A stretch of 64,000 nt of DNA from Eledone cirrhosa. Taxonomy: Eukaryota. Shown piece by piece: positions 11,223-23,020 of this stretch. The notes beneath the pieces were generated by a model. That model saw only the letters and a program-made list of their open reading frames with translations, was not told the DNA's origin and made no database searches. The stretch covers positions 366,296,001 through 366,360,000 of the forward strand of contig OZ024740.1 of NCBI GenBank assembly GCA_964016885.1, given 5' to 3'. Both the position numbers and the translations under genes were made by a program. Within the stretch, counting starts at the first letter, position 1; every line of letters begins with the position of its first letter.

Positions 11223-12744
11223 ATATATATTTATACATATATCATCGTTTTTACATTAGCCTTTCCTTACTAGTATGGGTTAGTGTGTATGTATGTGTGT
11301 GTGTGTGTATGTAAGTATGTGTGTGTATAAAAGCAAGTCTCCCAAGTTTTCAACCAACAACAGCCATGTTATTTACATGGCTTCTTTTCAGCAGTCAATG
11401 TCTAGAATGGATAGACAAGTATAATTAAATTACTGACCAATATGCAGTAACTCTGGATGTCTGAAACTGTGTGAGAGAGTAGGTGAGTGTGTGTTGTATG
11501 TCTACATCTATTGATAACATACATCCTCTAATGTAAGACCTAATTCTAATATCATGCCTAACTTGGTAGATGTTGGACTGACCTCAAATCAAAACCAATG
11601 AAATTTACTGAAAAGCAATCATGCTAAATGAAAGAGATCTTACATGGTCACACAATTTGCTAGAAATGACACACAAATCTCCTTCAAATTACACCTTTCT
11701 GTCCTGTATGTCATGTCTGAAATAAAAAGATTAGATGACAATGGCTGGAGCACCTGTTATCAGAAAATTCTGCTTGATCAAAGATGATAGAGTTAAACAT
11801 CAACAACAATGATGACACACACTGTCATCAAGATTGTTTAGGGAGGAAAAATACTTAACACTGGAGGATTTCATATTCTTAACATCTTTTTTAATTACAT
11901 TTGTGACAATCTTCAAGTTTTTTTTTTTTTTACAGTTTAGGGAGAGGCAGGGTTGTTATCCGGTTTCAAGATTGGTGGGATGGAGGATGGTATCCACAAA
12001 CCAGAGACATGGTCCAAATGCAGTGGGAGAACAAATTAAATACACCATTCAAGTACACCACAGTGGGATTGGAACTTGGTATACACAAAGAGCCAGAATA
12101 AATACCACAAGGTATAGAAAAAAGTAAATTAAATAATGTAGTGTTAAGTATCCTTAAAAGGACAGCCATGGCTAAAGTGTTTTTGAGCATAAGTCTCATT
12201 ATGCTTGATCTGAGGTTAGACAACAATAAACAAACAACTCCTACAGTTATTCATCACAATTGCAACATCTGACCATTAAAATTATGAACAATTGAAGCAA
12301 TATTTCAGCTTGCAGAACATACCTACAGTCCAAAGATGAAGAGAACATACCAGAATAACTTAGAAAATGATGAGTTCTTCCATGACTCTAGAACGTACAA
12401 CCAAGGATATCTTAGCTCAAAGTTAAGCATACTAGCCTAAAATAGATCATGACTTGATTTAGATCATTCTTTCTCCAAATATATAGGGGCATCCACAACA
12501 ACACATCATATGACTCTTTAACCAATGGCTGAGCTTCTATGTGGTTCCTCTGCCTACTTGAAATAGCAAGCGTATCTTCCTCAAATAAGATTTTATTGTC
12601 TTACAAAAAATATAATGGATAATGTATTTCTTGATATATTATAGCTGAAAATGTGCCTGATATGTCATGACTAGAATATCTTAGGTCATAATTCTGTTGG
12701 ACCAGGTCTGAGCTGAGGTTAAACAGTGGAAACAAAAAAAAATC

Positions 12745-13760
12745 TTTCTAACATTGACACAAAGCCAGCAATTTGTAGGAATGGGAAAATTGATTATATT
12801 GACCACAGTACTTAACTGGTACTTTATTTTACTGACCCTAGAAGGATGAAAGGCAAAATTGACCTCAGTGGTATTTGAACTCAGAACATAGAAAATCATA
12901 ACGAAATACTGTAAAACATATTGTCCAATACTCTATCGATATTACCAATTCACTGCCTTGCTTAACAACAACAATAATAACAACACTAAGATTTCAATCA
13001 TGAAACAAGTAGTTTTACACAATAATCATATCAATCTTGCTATAACATTCAACAGATAGTCATACATCAGTAGTCCTCCAATCAAACTGACCCAAAGGTA
13101 TTTTGATGCAAAGCAAACATGAGCACAAACATGGGTGTATGCTTAAAAAGTTTGCTTTATAATCATATAGCTCTAGGCTTGATCCTACTGGACAGCAACT
13201 TGTAAGAAGAATTTGATTGATGAAAACTGTACAGAAACACTTTTGTGTGTATGTTATATTATATAGACTCTTGTAGCAAAAACAATTAACAAAATTGGTA
13301 GAAAACAACAATTCCAACTTTGGTACAAGGCTAGCAATTTTGGGAGAAGGGGAAAGTTCATCATATTGACCATGGTACTTAAATGGTAGTTTATTTTATC
13401 AACCCCAGAAAAATGAAAGACAAAGTTAACCTTGGCAGGATTTGAACTCTAAACATAGAAAGTTCTAATAATATATCACAAAGTATTTTGCCCAATGTTC
13501 TACCAATAGAGCTAATCTACCATCCTCATGGTTAGCAATAATAATGGTTTCTGATTTTGGCACAAAGCCAGCAATTTAGGGGGAGGGGAAGTCGATTAAA
13601 TCGACCTCAGTGCATTACTGGTGCTTTATTTGATGACCCCGTAATGATGAAAGGCAAAACTAACCTTAGCGGGATTTCAACTCTGAACATAAAGGGCAGT
13701 AACTCAATGCAGTGAAGCATGCTGTCCGGCGCTCTACCTATAGTGCTAATCCTCCGCCCT
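12745..13760 (-). mobile_element. Three tRNA-derived SINE copies (~12745-12960, ~13315-13530, ~13540-13760)
   Basis: Reverse complement of B box (gagttcaaat) and of the core gcctttcatcctt.cggggtcgataaaataaagtaccag. Confidence 0.8.
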
Positions 13761-13934
13761 TTAATTACCAATAATAACAATAATTATTAGTTATTATCAA
13801 GAACATTCTGCTAAATATATATTTGTTTGACTTGATGGTAAAGTTTTCTGTCTTTTCCTGGTACTAAGTATATCCTATGCTGTACATGCATACTTAGTCT
13901 AACCCATGCTAGCGTGGAAGATAGATGTTAATCG

Positions 13935-13966
<32 letters not shown>

Positions 13967-14446
13967 ACATACATAAATATATATACATACACACATGTAT
14001 ACATACATACCGATATACATATATACACACATGCATATATACACACATGCATATATACATACATACATGTGTACATGCATACATACATACACATACATAC
14101 ATAAATATATACATGTGTACATGCATACATACATATACATACACACATGCATATATACATACATACATACATGTATACATACATAAAACACACATGTATA
14201 CATATATGCATACATATCAATATTCTCATTAGTAAGCCCACCCCATCATAACTGGTGTAAAATATATCTACAGTAAAGTGGGGTGGGATGCAGATTGTGG
14301 TAGTTGGGTAGGTGAATGGAAGCAGTACATTAAAAGAAATCCAAATGTAACATCCAGAGTACAACTGACATTCAATCCTCTCTAACTTTCCCCCACATCA
14401 TATAAAGGAATCGTGTTGAGATAAGGTATGTATGTATGTGTGTGTT

Positions 14447-14471
<25 letters not shown>

Positions 14472-14477
<6 letters not shown>

Positions 14478-14767
14478 GTGAGGGCTTTTTTTTACAAAAT
14501 GAAAAATAACCGAGGTGTCCTACACGAGTGAAAGTATAAGGAAAAAAGATGAAATCGAAAATGCAACTGGAGTCTTATTTTTAAAAAGATATATATATAT
14601 TTATTTGGTTCCTTTACCGGTTTCACAGTTCTTCTGCTTTTCAAAAGTAGAGTTGAGATGGAGGGTCTGTGTTTTTTTTCACAACTGTCAAAAACCAAAT
14701 AAATATATATATCTTTTTAAAAATAAGACTCCAGTTGCATTTTCGATTTCATCTTTTTTCCTTATAT
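14472..14767. mobile_element. Foldback PLE-like mini-element (sibling of 16861-17232)
   Basis: Inverted arms ~14535-14610 / 14693-14767. Minus-strand GAAAccggTA hammerhead half. (TA)n flanks. Confidence 0.8.
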
Positions 14768-15585
14768 ATATATATATATATACACACACACAATTATGTG
14801 TGTGTTGTGTATGCATATATGTATATAAATATATTTATAAAAATATAGACATTCTGATATACTCTTTTACTCTTTTACCTACTCCAGCCATCCGGCTGAG
14901 GCCATGCTCGGGCACCGCCCTTATATTTGGGAAACACAAATAACATAAAGAAATATTTGCCTATTTACTCAGAGCATTCCAACTGCAGTTTCATTGAGCC
15001 AACTCAGTATTCTGAGCTGCAAAAATCTCAAATTGTCAGGGAACATTTTCAAACAAGAAAGAAACCTACTAATTTGTCCGCTACCAGTAATAATTTTGAA
15101 CAGGAAAATTAATACATGATTAACATCCTACAGAGACACCTACCTCCACTGTGGCTTTCCTCTACTGGCCTGTCCCTTCTCATACTGGTGCCATCCAGCT
15201 TCACACTGTAAATGTGATTGCGGCTCCCAAACTATGGCTCCGCTGAGAGAAGGGTTTGGCCCAGTTAACTGGTTTGTCCCTCCTCATAACAGTGAGCAGT
15301 AAATGTAGTTGGTGTTAGGAAAGGCATCCAACTGTAAAAATTCCAGCCAAATTTACAGTCCTGTTTGAGCAAGGTGCAGCGTGGCCGATTCTGGCCAGAC
15401 TTGTCTCATGACGTGGACAACCCATCTAACCCATGCAAGCATGGAAAATGGACGTTAAACAGTGATGATGATGATGATATCATCATTATCGATTTTACAA
15501 CCATTTTCCCACGTTTGCATGGGCTGGACAGGCCTTTTTCAATGCAGTATCTAAAAAAATTTTGCAAAGCAAATACAAATATGAG

Positions 15586-15629
<44 letters not shown>

Positions 15630-15685
15630 CTCATTTGTGTGTTATCCTTTTGCAGGGGCCATGATCATGATCATCATTTAATGTA

Positions 15686-15726
<41 letters not shown>

Positions 15727-15774
15727 TATTCAAAATATTAATAAATGAAGACGTTCACATAATCAAAATATATG

Positions 15775-15836
15775 TTTTATTATATATATTTCGGAGGTAT
15801 TGTGCTGTTTATTCAGTACATCCTCGTCAGATAAAA
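15775..15836 (-). ncRNA. Type I minimal hammerhead ribozyme
   Basis: Reverse complement reads ttttat-CTGACGA-gga tgtactg(aataaa)cagcaca atacc tcc-GAAA-tatata-TA-ataaaa. Confidence 0.8.
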
Positions 15837-16619
15837 TACATGAATTGATGTATGACATACCTCAACTGTTTTGATGGTTCAATTCCAGTATTGGCAGTCA
15901 TTTATTACAACAAATCTCAATATTTATATACCACAAATAATAACTTGATAGACTTAAATATGATGAAGAAGCGGATGTGGAGCGAGATATAAGTATAAGG
16001 AGGGGGTGAGTATGAGTAAATGCAAGAAGAAATACACATACATAAATATTTAAATGCGTAAATATCCGTGTTAGGGAAGAAAAAGAAAGAGAGATAGATA
16101 GAAGAGAAGAAAGAAGAAGAGAAGAGATAAGAAGAAGAGAGAGAGAGAGATGAGAGAAGAGGAAAGTAATCAATGAACCATATTAATCTTTGGTTATATA
16201 TATATATATAGCCCCTGCATAAGGATGACATGCAAATTTGTGAAGCATTCCATATTTTTATATGCTATATATTTTATAAAACCCTTTTTTTTTTTTTCTT
16301 CAAAACAATGTTTTCTCCTTTTTTCAAAAATAACACTTTGTTGAATTAAAGAAGAAAAAAAGATTCTTTGAATATACTTCCGTGCTGTTTCTATTCTTAC
16401 TTTATATATCGACAGTCGATCAACAAGATCCCAGACCTCATTCACATAACGAGTGGGGTGAAGCTCATCAAATCGGACCAAGAAAACAATTTTTCCATAG
16501 GTTTTTCCAATTGGTAGTACTATCTGTCAGTCAAAACTCCAGGAAGAAGGAGCAACATCAAATAAAATGTCTTGCCTAAGGATATAACGCATTGCCCAGA
16601 CTGTACTGGAGCAGTACAT

Positions 16620-16812
16620 GTATTTATTATGGCTAAGTAGTGAGTCTTATTACTCTGGTGTTTGATCTGCACACTCACAGGATCATTGGACAAGATGATT
16701 CCATGAGTGCAAAGGTGAAATTCCAGAGTAACAAGACTCACTACTTAGCCATAATTTATGAATATTTAAACTCTACTTCGGTATTGAGTACTCTTTTTTT
16801 CTTGGCTGTCAA
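16620..16812. mobile_element. Degenerate foldback mini-element
   Basis: attatggctaagtagtgagtcttattactctgg / ccagagtaacaagactcactacttagccataat arms. Tail ctctac...gtattGAGTACTC at 16786. Confidence 0.65.
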
Positions 16813-16860
16813 CTACATACAGATATATGTATGTATATGTATATATATATATATATATAT

Positions 16861-17232
16861 TAGAAAGTGAGGTTTTTTTTTTTACAAATTGAAAAATAAC
16901 CGAGGTGTCCTACACGAGGGAAAGTATAAAGAAAAAGAGATGAAATCGAAAATGCAAATGGAGTCTTATTTTTTAAAAAAATATATATATTTATTTGGTT
17001 CCTTTACCGGTTTCGCAGTTCTTCTGCTTTTCAAAAGGTGAGTTGAGATGGAGGGTCTGTGGTTTTTCTCACATCTGAGTGTGAGAAAAACCACAGACCC
17101 TCCATCTCAACTCACCTTTTGAAAAGCAGAAGAACTGCGAAACCGGTAAAGGAACCAAATAAATATATATATTTAAAAAAAAAAAAAAGACTCCAGTTGC
17201 ATTTTCGATTTCATCTCTTTTTCTTTATATAT
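16861..17232. mobile_element. Foldback PLE-like mini-element
   Basis: ~150-bp near-perfect arms centred at ~17075. tgcGAAAccggTAaagga...aataaa. (TA)n flanks. Confidence 0.85.
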
Positions 17233-17246
17233 ATATATATATATAA

Positions 17247-17456
17247 GGTGTAGGAGACACGGTAAAAAGGTTCCCAGTCCACACTCTAAAGGTGGTTGGT
17301 GTTAGGAAGGGCATCCAGCTGTAGAAAACCTGCCAGATACACTTCCGTGAGAGTGAGACACGGTCTCACTACCATTCCTGCATCAAATGGAACAAAACTG
17401 TCCAACCCATGCAAGCGTGGAAGAAGGACATTAAATGATGATGATGATGATGATGA

Positions 17457-17460
<4 letters not shown>
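17247..17460 (+). mobile_element. RTE-related 3' tail / SINE fragment with (GAT)n
   Basis: ggttggtgttaggaagggcatccagctgtagaaaacctgcc ... aacccatgcaagcgtggaa ... (gat)n. Confidence 0.75.
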
Positions 17461-17510
<50 letters not shown>

Positions 17511-18229
17511 GGACGGTTGGAGGGTCACTGATGAAGGATTTACTTTTTCATATGTATCCCATTTGCAACGCGCAGCTCCATTATTATCATATTTACACAT
17601 ATTTTTTCTCCTGCTGCCACCCGTCTGTTTCGTTCTTTGTATATTTACCCTTTCTAGCAGTCTCTCTCTCTGTTAGCCTCCTCCTCAACTTTTACTCACT
17701 CATTCTCTGTCACTACCTCTCCTCCTCCTCCTCTTTCCTCCTCTTTCTTCCCGCTTGACCTGTCCGATTTCTTTTCTCGCGCGTTCTTGGCCAAGCCGGT
17801 ATGAAATTTTTTTTCTCTCTCTCTCTCTCGTCTGCGACTTCACAGAACTTATGTTTATCGAATTCGCAGACCAGACCCCTTCTTCTTCCCCCCGTTAGAC
17901 CTGTGCGAAATTCCTTCCTTGCTCACATTTCAACCAGGTTTGATGGTCTTTTGTCTCTTGTTCACGATTTCACCGAGTTTATATTCATAGAAATCTGGGA
18001 CTTGTCTCTTTCTTCTCACTTTCCGTTGCTTAAACCATTTTGTTTGTTCACCCTAACGTCCCCTTTATTTACGTGTCCCAACGACTTATTTTAGCCGTTG
18101 TTCGCACCAACCTGAGGTATATGGCCCTTAAAGCGATGAAATGCCTGGGACGGTTGGAGGGTCACTGATGAAGGACTTACTTTTTCATATGTATCCCATT
18201 TGCAACGCGCAGCTCCATTATTATCATAT
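17511..18229 (+). mobile_element. Non-coding terminally redundant element A (637-bp period, 82-bp direct repeat)
   Basis: 17511-17592 repeats at 18148-18229 with one mismatch. (TA)n on both sides. Pyrimidine-rich body. Structured motif at 18075-18176. Confidence 0.75.
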
Positions 18230-18260
18230 ATATATATATATATATATAATTATATATATA

Positions 18261-19410
18261 TAAGTAGCAGCAAGTACCCACAAAATACTAGCTCTTTCAA
18301 CTGCGCAGAGGGCTCTATAGAAATAGTGGACAGCTTCCGTTACCTGGGTGACAAAATCAGCAGTGGGGGAGGGTGCTCTGAAAGTACAGTAGCTAGAGTC
18401 AGAACTGGTTGGAAAAAGTTCAGAGAGCTTATACCACTATTAGCCGCTAAAGGGTTCTCCCTAAAAATGAAAGGCAGGCCGTATGATGCCTGCATACGAA
18501 CAGCAATGTTGCATGGCAGTGAGACCCGGGCATTGTGTGCAGAGGATATACGCAGACTAGAGAGGAACGAAGCTTGCATGCTCCGCTGGATGTGTAATAG
18601 TAATATACGTGAATGGCAAAGCATAAACGAACTAAGGAAAAAATTAGAAATAAGAGGGATCAGATGTTGTTTACTCGACAGAAGGCTACGTTGGTATGGA
18701 CACGTGATGCGCATGAAAGTCAATAGCTGTATAACAAAGTGCAGGGCAATAAAGATTGACGGTAGCCACGGAATAGGCAGACCTAGAAAAACCTGGGACG
18801 AGCTGATAAACTCCGACCTCACACACTTACACCTCTCCAAGACAATGTCACTGGACCGAGACCTTTGGCGGTACTCAGTAATAGAGAAGACCCGCCTTAC
18901 CTAAATACATAGTAAAACCTACTACAGCCAGTAGGCATCTCTAACAAAATACAGCCCCGTCCCACCACCCCCACCCCATCCACACCGCCCCCTTCTATGT
19001 AAAGTTATGTTGGTGCCACAAAATCCAGGCCGAAACAAATGAGATCGTGTAGGTGTCACGAAAAAAAAACACACAGTCTACGCTGTAATGTGGCCGTGTA
19101 GGCAACACGGTAAAAACGTCCCAGTCCCACACTGTAAATGTGGTTGGTGTTAGGAAGGGCATCCAGCTGTAGAAAACCTGCCAGACAGTCCACGCTGTAA
19201 TGTGGCCGTGTAGGCAACACGGTAAAAACCTCCCAGCCCCACACTGTAAATGTGGTTGGTGTTAGGAAGGGCATCCAACTGTAGAAAACCCGCCAGACAG
19301 TCCTATGCGAGCAAGACAACCACTCTTGCCTCAAGTGGGAAAACTCCCGTCCAAACCCATGCAAGCATGGAACACGGACGTTAAACGATGATGATGATGA
19401 TGATGATGAT
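18261..19410 (+). mobile_element. 5'-truncated RTE-type LINE with ~112-bp tandem duplication in the 3' UTR
   Basis: ORF 18200..18904 (FRYLG...RRLRWYGH...GRPRKTW). (GAT)n tail. Duplication ~19073-19184 / 19185-19296. Confidence 0.95.
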
Positions 19411-19689
19411 ATATATACATATATACACATACATATACATACATATACATACATATACACAAACACATACATACAAATACATACACACACATATGTATGT
19501 GTGTAAAACTCATTCTTAGATGTATTCATATGAACCTTGTTTAACTCTTAAATATATATATATATATATATTAAAGGACTTGAACATCTGAAACTACTTC
19601 GCTTTTCCTTATTCCATATTTACTCCGTCACTCCTATGTGGAAAAAGTATGTTGAGTGCTTGAATTGAATTGCATCAATGTTTACCCTA

Positions 19690-19724
<35 letters not shown>

Positions 19725-19758
19725 CATACACACACATATACATACACATACATATATA

Positions 19759-19900
19759 GTGGCTGCCAACTCGTTTTCGAGTACGGCCACTACTTTATAT
19801 CCATGTAGGAGAACCCTTACCGATGCGCTAAACGAGTGTGACTTTTTAGTCCAGCCAGCGACTTGAAAACTCTGGTACAAACACTACACTTGTGACAATT
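19759..19900 (-). mobile_element. 3' end of an RTE/BovB-like LINE with terminal C2H2 finger
   Basis: CHKCSVCTRVFKSLAGLKSHTRLAHR*, then a short UTR with a ctcgaaaacgag hairpin, ending in (TA)n. Confidence 0.7.
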
Positions 19901-20309
19901 ATTGACACATACATATACATACATACATACACACACATACATATACATACATATACATATATACACATACATATACATATACACACATACACATACATAT
20001 ACACACATACATATACACATACACATACATATACACATACACATACACATACATATACACATACACATACACATACATATACACACATACATATACATAC
20101 ATACATACACACACACACATATATATAAGAAAAAACATAAATATTATATATATAAAAAGCATAAATATTGTATATATAAAAATAAAAAGTTGGGAATACG
20201 ACAAATAATAAATAAATATTTAGTTTCTTAATTTGTTTGGCAAGATTCTTTATCTGAAAACGTGTGTTGAAACCGATATTGTTATACTTTGGGAGGGTCA
20301 TGTTGCCAA

Positions 20310-20597
20310 TATTTTGTTAGAGATGCCTACTGACTGTAGTAGGTTTTACTTTGTATTTAGGTAACGCGGGTCTTCTCTGTTACTGAGTACCGCCAAAGGT
20401 CTCGGTCCAGTGACATTGTCTTGGAGAGGTGTAAGTGTGTGAGGTCAGAATTTATCAGCTCGTCCCAGGTTTTTCTGGGTCTGCCTACTCCGTGGCTACC
20501 ATCTATCTTTATTGCCCTGCACTTTGTAATACAGCTGTCGTCTTTCATGCGCATCACGTGACCATACCAACGTAGCCTTCTCTCGAGTAAACAACAT
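20310..20597 (-). mobile_element. Internal RTE fragment
   Basis: RRLRWYGHVMRMKDD...GRPRKTW...KTRVT*. Confidence 0.9.
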
Positions 20598-20624
20598 TAT
20601 ATATATATATATATATATTTTCGC

Positions 20625-21358
20625 CCCCTCTGTCAGTTACACTTTCTCTCGACTGACCACTTCCTCGCACTTCCACTCACTCACTCTCTGTTTCTCCCCT
20701 TCTCACTTCCTCCCGTTTGGCTTACAGTGGGTCTCTTCTTGCTTACATCTCACTCAGGTCGGACGTCTGTACCTTTCGCTCATGAAATCCACCCAGCTTA
20801 TGCTGACCAGGACTACCATGTTGCTTGTTTTTTTCCTTTCTTTGGTTTGCTTTTATCCTTCTATGTTGTTCACTTGTCCCCCTCGCTTTACGCGATTTGC
20901 TGGTCCCAATAACATTTTTTTAGTTATTGCTCGCACCAACCTGAGGTATATTATTTTTAATGCGATGAAATACCAATGATGGTTGGAAAATCACTGACGA
21001 AGGACTATTTTTATCATATGTAACCCATGTGCAACCACGCAGTATTCTTCTTTCTTCTCATGTTTTTTATATATATTTACCTCGGCTGCGTTTGTCTGTT
21101 TCTCTCTTACTGCTTCCCCGTTCTCTCTGTTTCTCTCACCTTCTTTCCACCCCTCTGTCAGTTACACTTTCTCTCGACTGACCGCTTCCTCGCACTTTCA
21201 CTCACTCTCTGTTTCTCCCCTTCTCACTTCCTCCCGTTTGGCTTACAGTGGGTCTCTTCTTGCTTACATCTCACTCAGGTCGGACGTCTGTACCTTTCGC
21301 TCATGAAATCCACCCAGCTTATGCTGACCAGGACTACCATGTTGCTTGTTTTTTTCCT
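20625..21358 (+). mobile_element. Non-coding terminally redundant element B (~525-bp period, ~210-bp direct repeat)
   Basis: 20625-20837 repeats at 21150-21358. Shares the structured motif (20901-21007) with element A. (TA)n on the left. Confidence 0.7.
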
Positions 21359-21884
21359 GTGCAGAACACTCCTCTGGAGTATATTCCTTCAGCCGTATTA
21401 TGTGTGTATTTTGTAGATAAGGGTCATAGTAAGATGACCAATCCCAGCCCCTCTAATGATATATCCACTAAAGTACTAAATGACACTAGCTGAAATGATA
21501 ACCAATATGCCTTGGTAGCAGTGTATATATATGTTTGTGTTCATTTGTATGTTCATTTTCCTTATACCCTATCAAACCCCCAAGGAAGATATACCTGGAT
21601 AATAATTAATTGTGAGGAAGATGTTAAAAAGAGAGGATTTCAAGCTTTCCCAGGGAATGTTTGCTTATGTTTCACTGATTATGAAAAAGAAGGTTAGAAT
21701 CAAGCATGCAGGGATACATCTCTCTACATGACATTGATGATATTTACTCAGAATATATGCACACAGACATAATCTCCCCCCCTTCCTTTCTTGATACACC
21801 TACACACATATATATAGATCCTACATACACATACTCACAACATGTACTCTATATACTGGTAACAATGTTAGTAGAATGTCAACC

Positions 21885-22432
21885 ATACTTAAATATGGAA
21901 TGCCCCGGCGGACAGAATAGAGAAGGTGTTTCCCCGGAGGACAGCAAGGGAGACGTGCTGGAAAAGCCACTCCAACTCGCAGGGCTCACACCTGCAGCTG
22001 GCCAGCTCAGCACCTATGGTGGTGAATAGGGAGGTAGCCCTAGGGCCGAGGACACCAGAAGTCTCCACTGCCAGGGGTACAACCGCAAACCTGTCGGAGA
22101 GCGACCGGTATTTGAGAAGTTTGGCCTCCTCAGCCCGACGTGCAGCAGAACCTGGGTTAGTGGCAGACTGCAACAGGTTGCGGCTGCAGAAAGTGTCGGT
22201 GCAAGTGGCATCCCAGACGAGAGGTTTGCCACTGCGGAAAGGGAAGATGGTCATGCCATCTGGCCTTTTGCCGTCCCCTCAGTCCAGTCCCACCGACTCG
22301 AGCTAGGAAGAGGAGCCTGCAGCATCCAAGCCATGCTTTATGACCTCGTTGAGGGCAGCATGGCGTGGAAGGCGGCCGGCACTGTGGAGACAGGAAAGCA
22401 GGTGAAGGCCGAAAGAGAGTCCACTGGTAACA
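21885..22432 (-). pseudogene. CRE-type non-LTR retrotransposon 3' fragment (restriction-like endonuclease)
   Basis: HLLSC...GRLPRHAALNEVIK...GKRPDGMTIFPFRSGKPLVWDATCTDT...EEAKLLKY...VPLAVETSG. PD-(D/E)xK RLE of CRE style. Confidence 0.8.
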
Positions 22433-22717
22433 ATTGAAACTCTATTTCTTGTTCTTTCTGCATCAAGAAAAAAAAAAATATGCATATATGAATGTATGGT
22501 ACAATGAATTTTTATATTTGTTTCTGAGTGTATCTATCTGTCTGTCTGTCTGTCTTAATGCCTGCCTGTCTGCCTTTCTTTATGCCTGTCTGTCTGTCTT
22601 TATGCCTGCTTGTAGTCTGTCTGTCTTTATGCCTGTCTGCCTGTCTGTCTGTCTTAATGCATGTCTGTGTCTGTCTGTATGTCTGCTTCCTTAAGTGCCT
22701 AACTATCTACCTATCTG

Positions 22718-23020
22718 TGGCGAAAATGGCCCAAGTGAATGGGCCTTCTCTGTATATAAACTTGTAGCTTGAGGAAGACAAACAGAGGGAAGACTGGGTC
22801 ACCTACAAAACGTGCTCCTGGTGTTGAGGGTTGTTCTATCCACGGGGTGTAAAACAACCCCGCAGTAACGTTCCCCCCCCATTGGGCATTTCGATTGTTT
22901 TATTTTGTATATAGTTTATTGTTATTCATTATTATTGTTAAAGATTTTTATGTAAAACTCCTGCCGTCACGTCTTGTAATATCCCATTCGTGTATGCCCT
23001 TGTGGCAAATAAAGAAATAT
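22718..23020 (+). mobile_element. 3' end of a LINE (possibly L1/Tx1-like), inserted in (TCTA)n
   Basis: ORF end ...AKMAQVNGPSLYINL*, then a UTR ending gcccttgtggcaAATAAAgaaat. A related tail lies on the minus strand at ~56413-56510. Confidence 0.45.

Noticed and set aside
12240-12520. KYIGASTTT, a GIY-YIG-like word on the plus strand
   Set aside because: Surrounding frames are too decayed to confirm a Penelope fragment.
18133-18172. SECIS element or box C/D snoRNA reading of the A/B motif
   Set aside because: No SECIS-length helix or apical AA loop. C/D boxes are arranged as an internal kink-turn without terminal C and D boxes or guide spacing.
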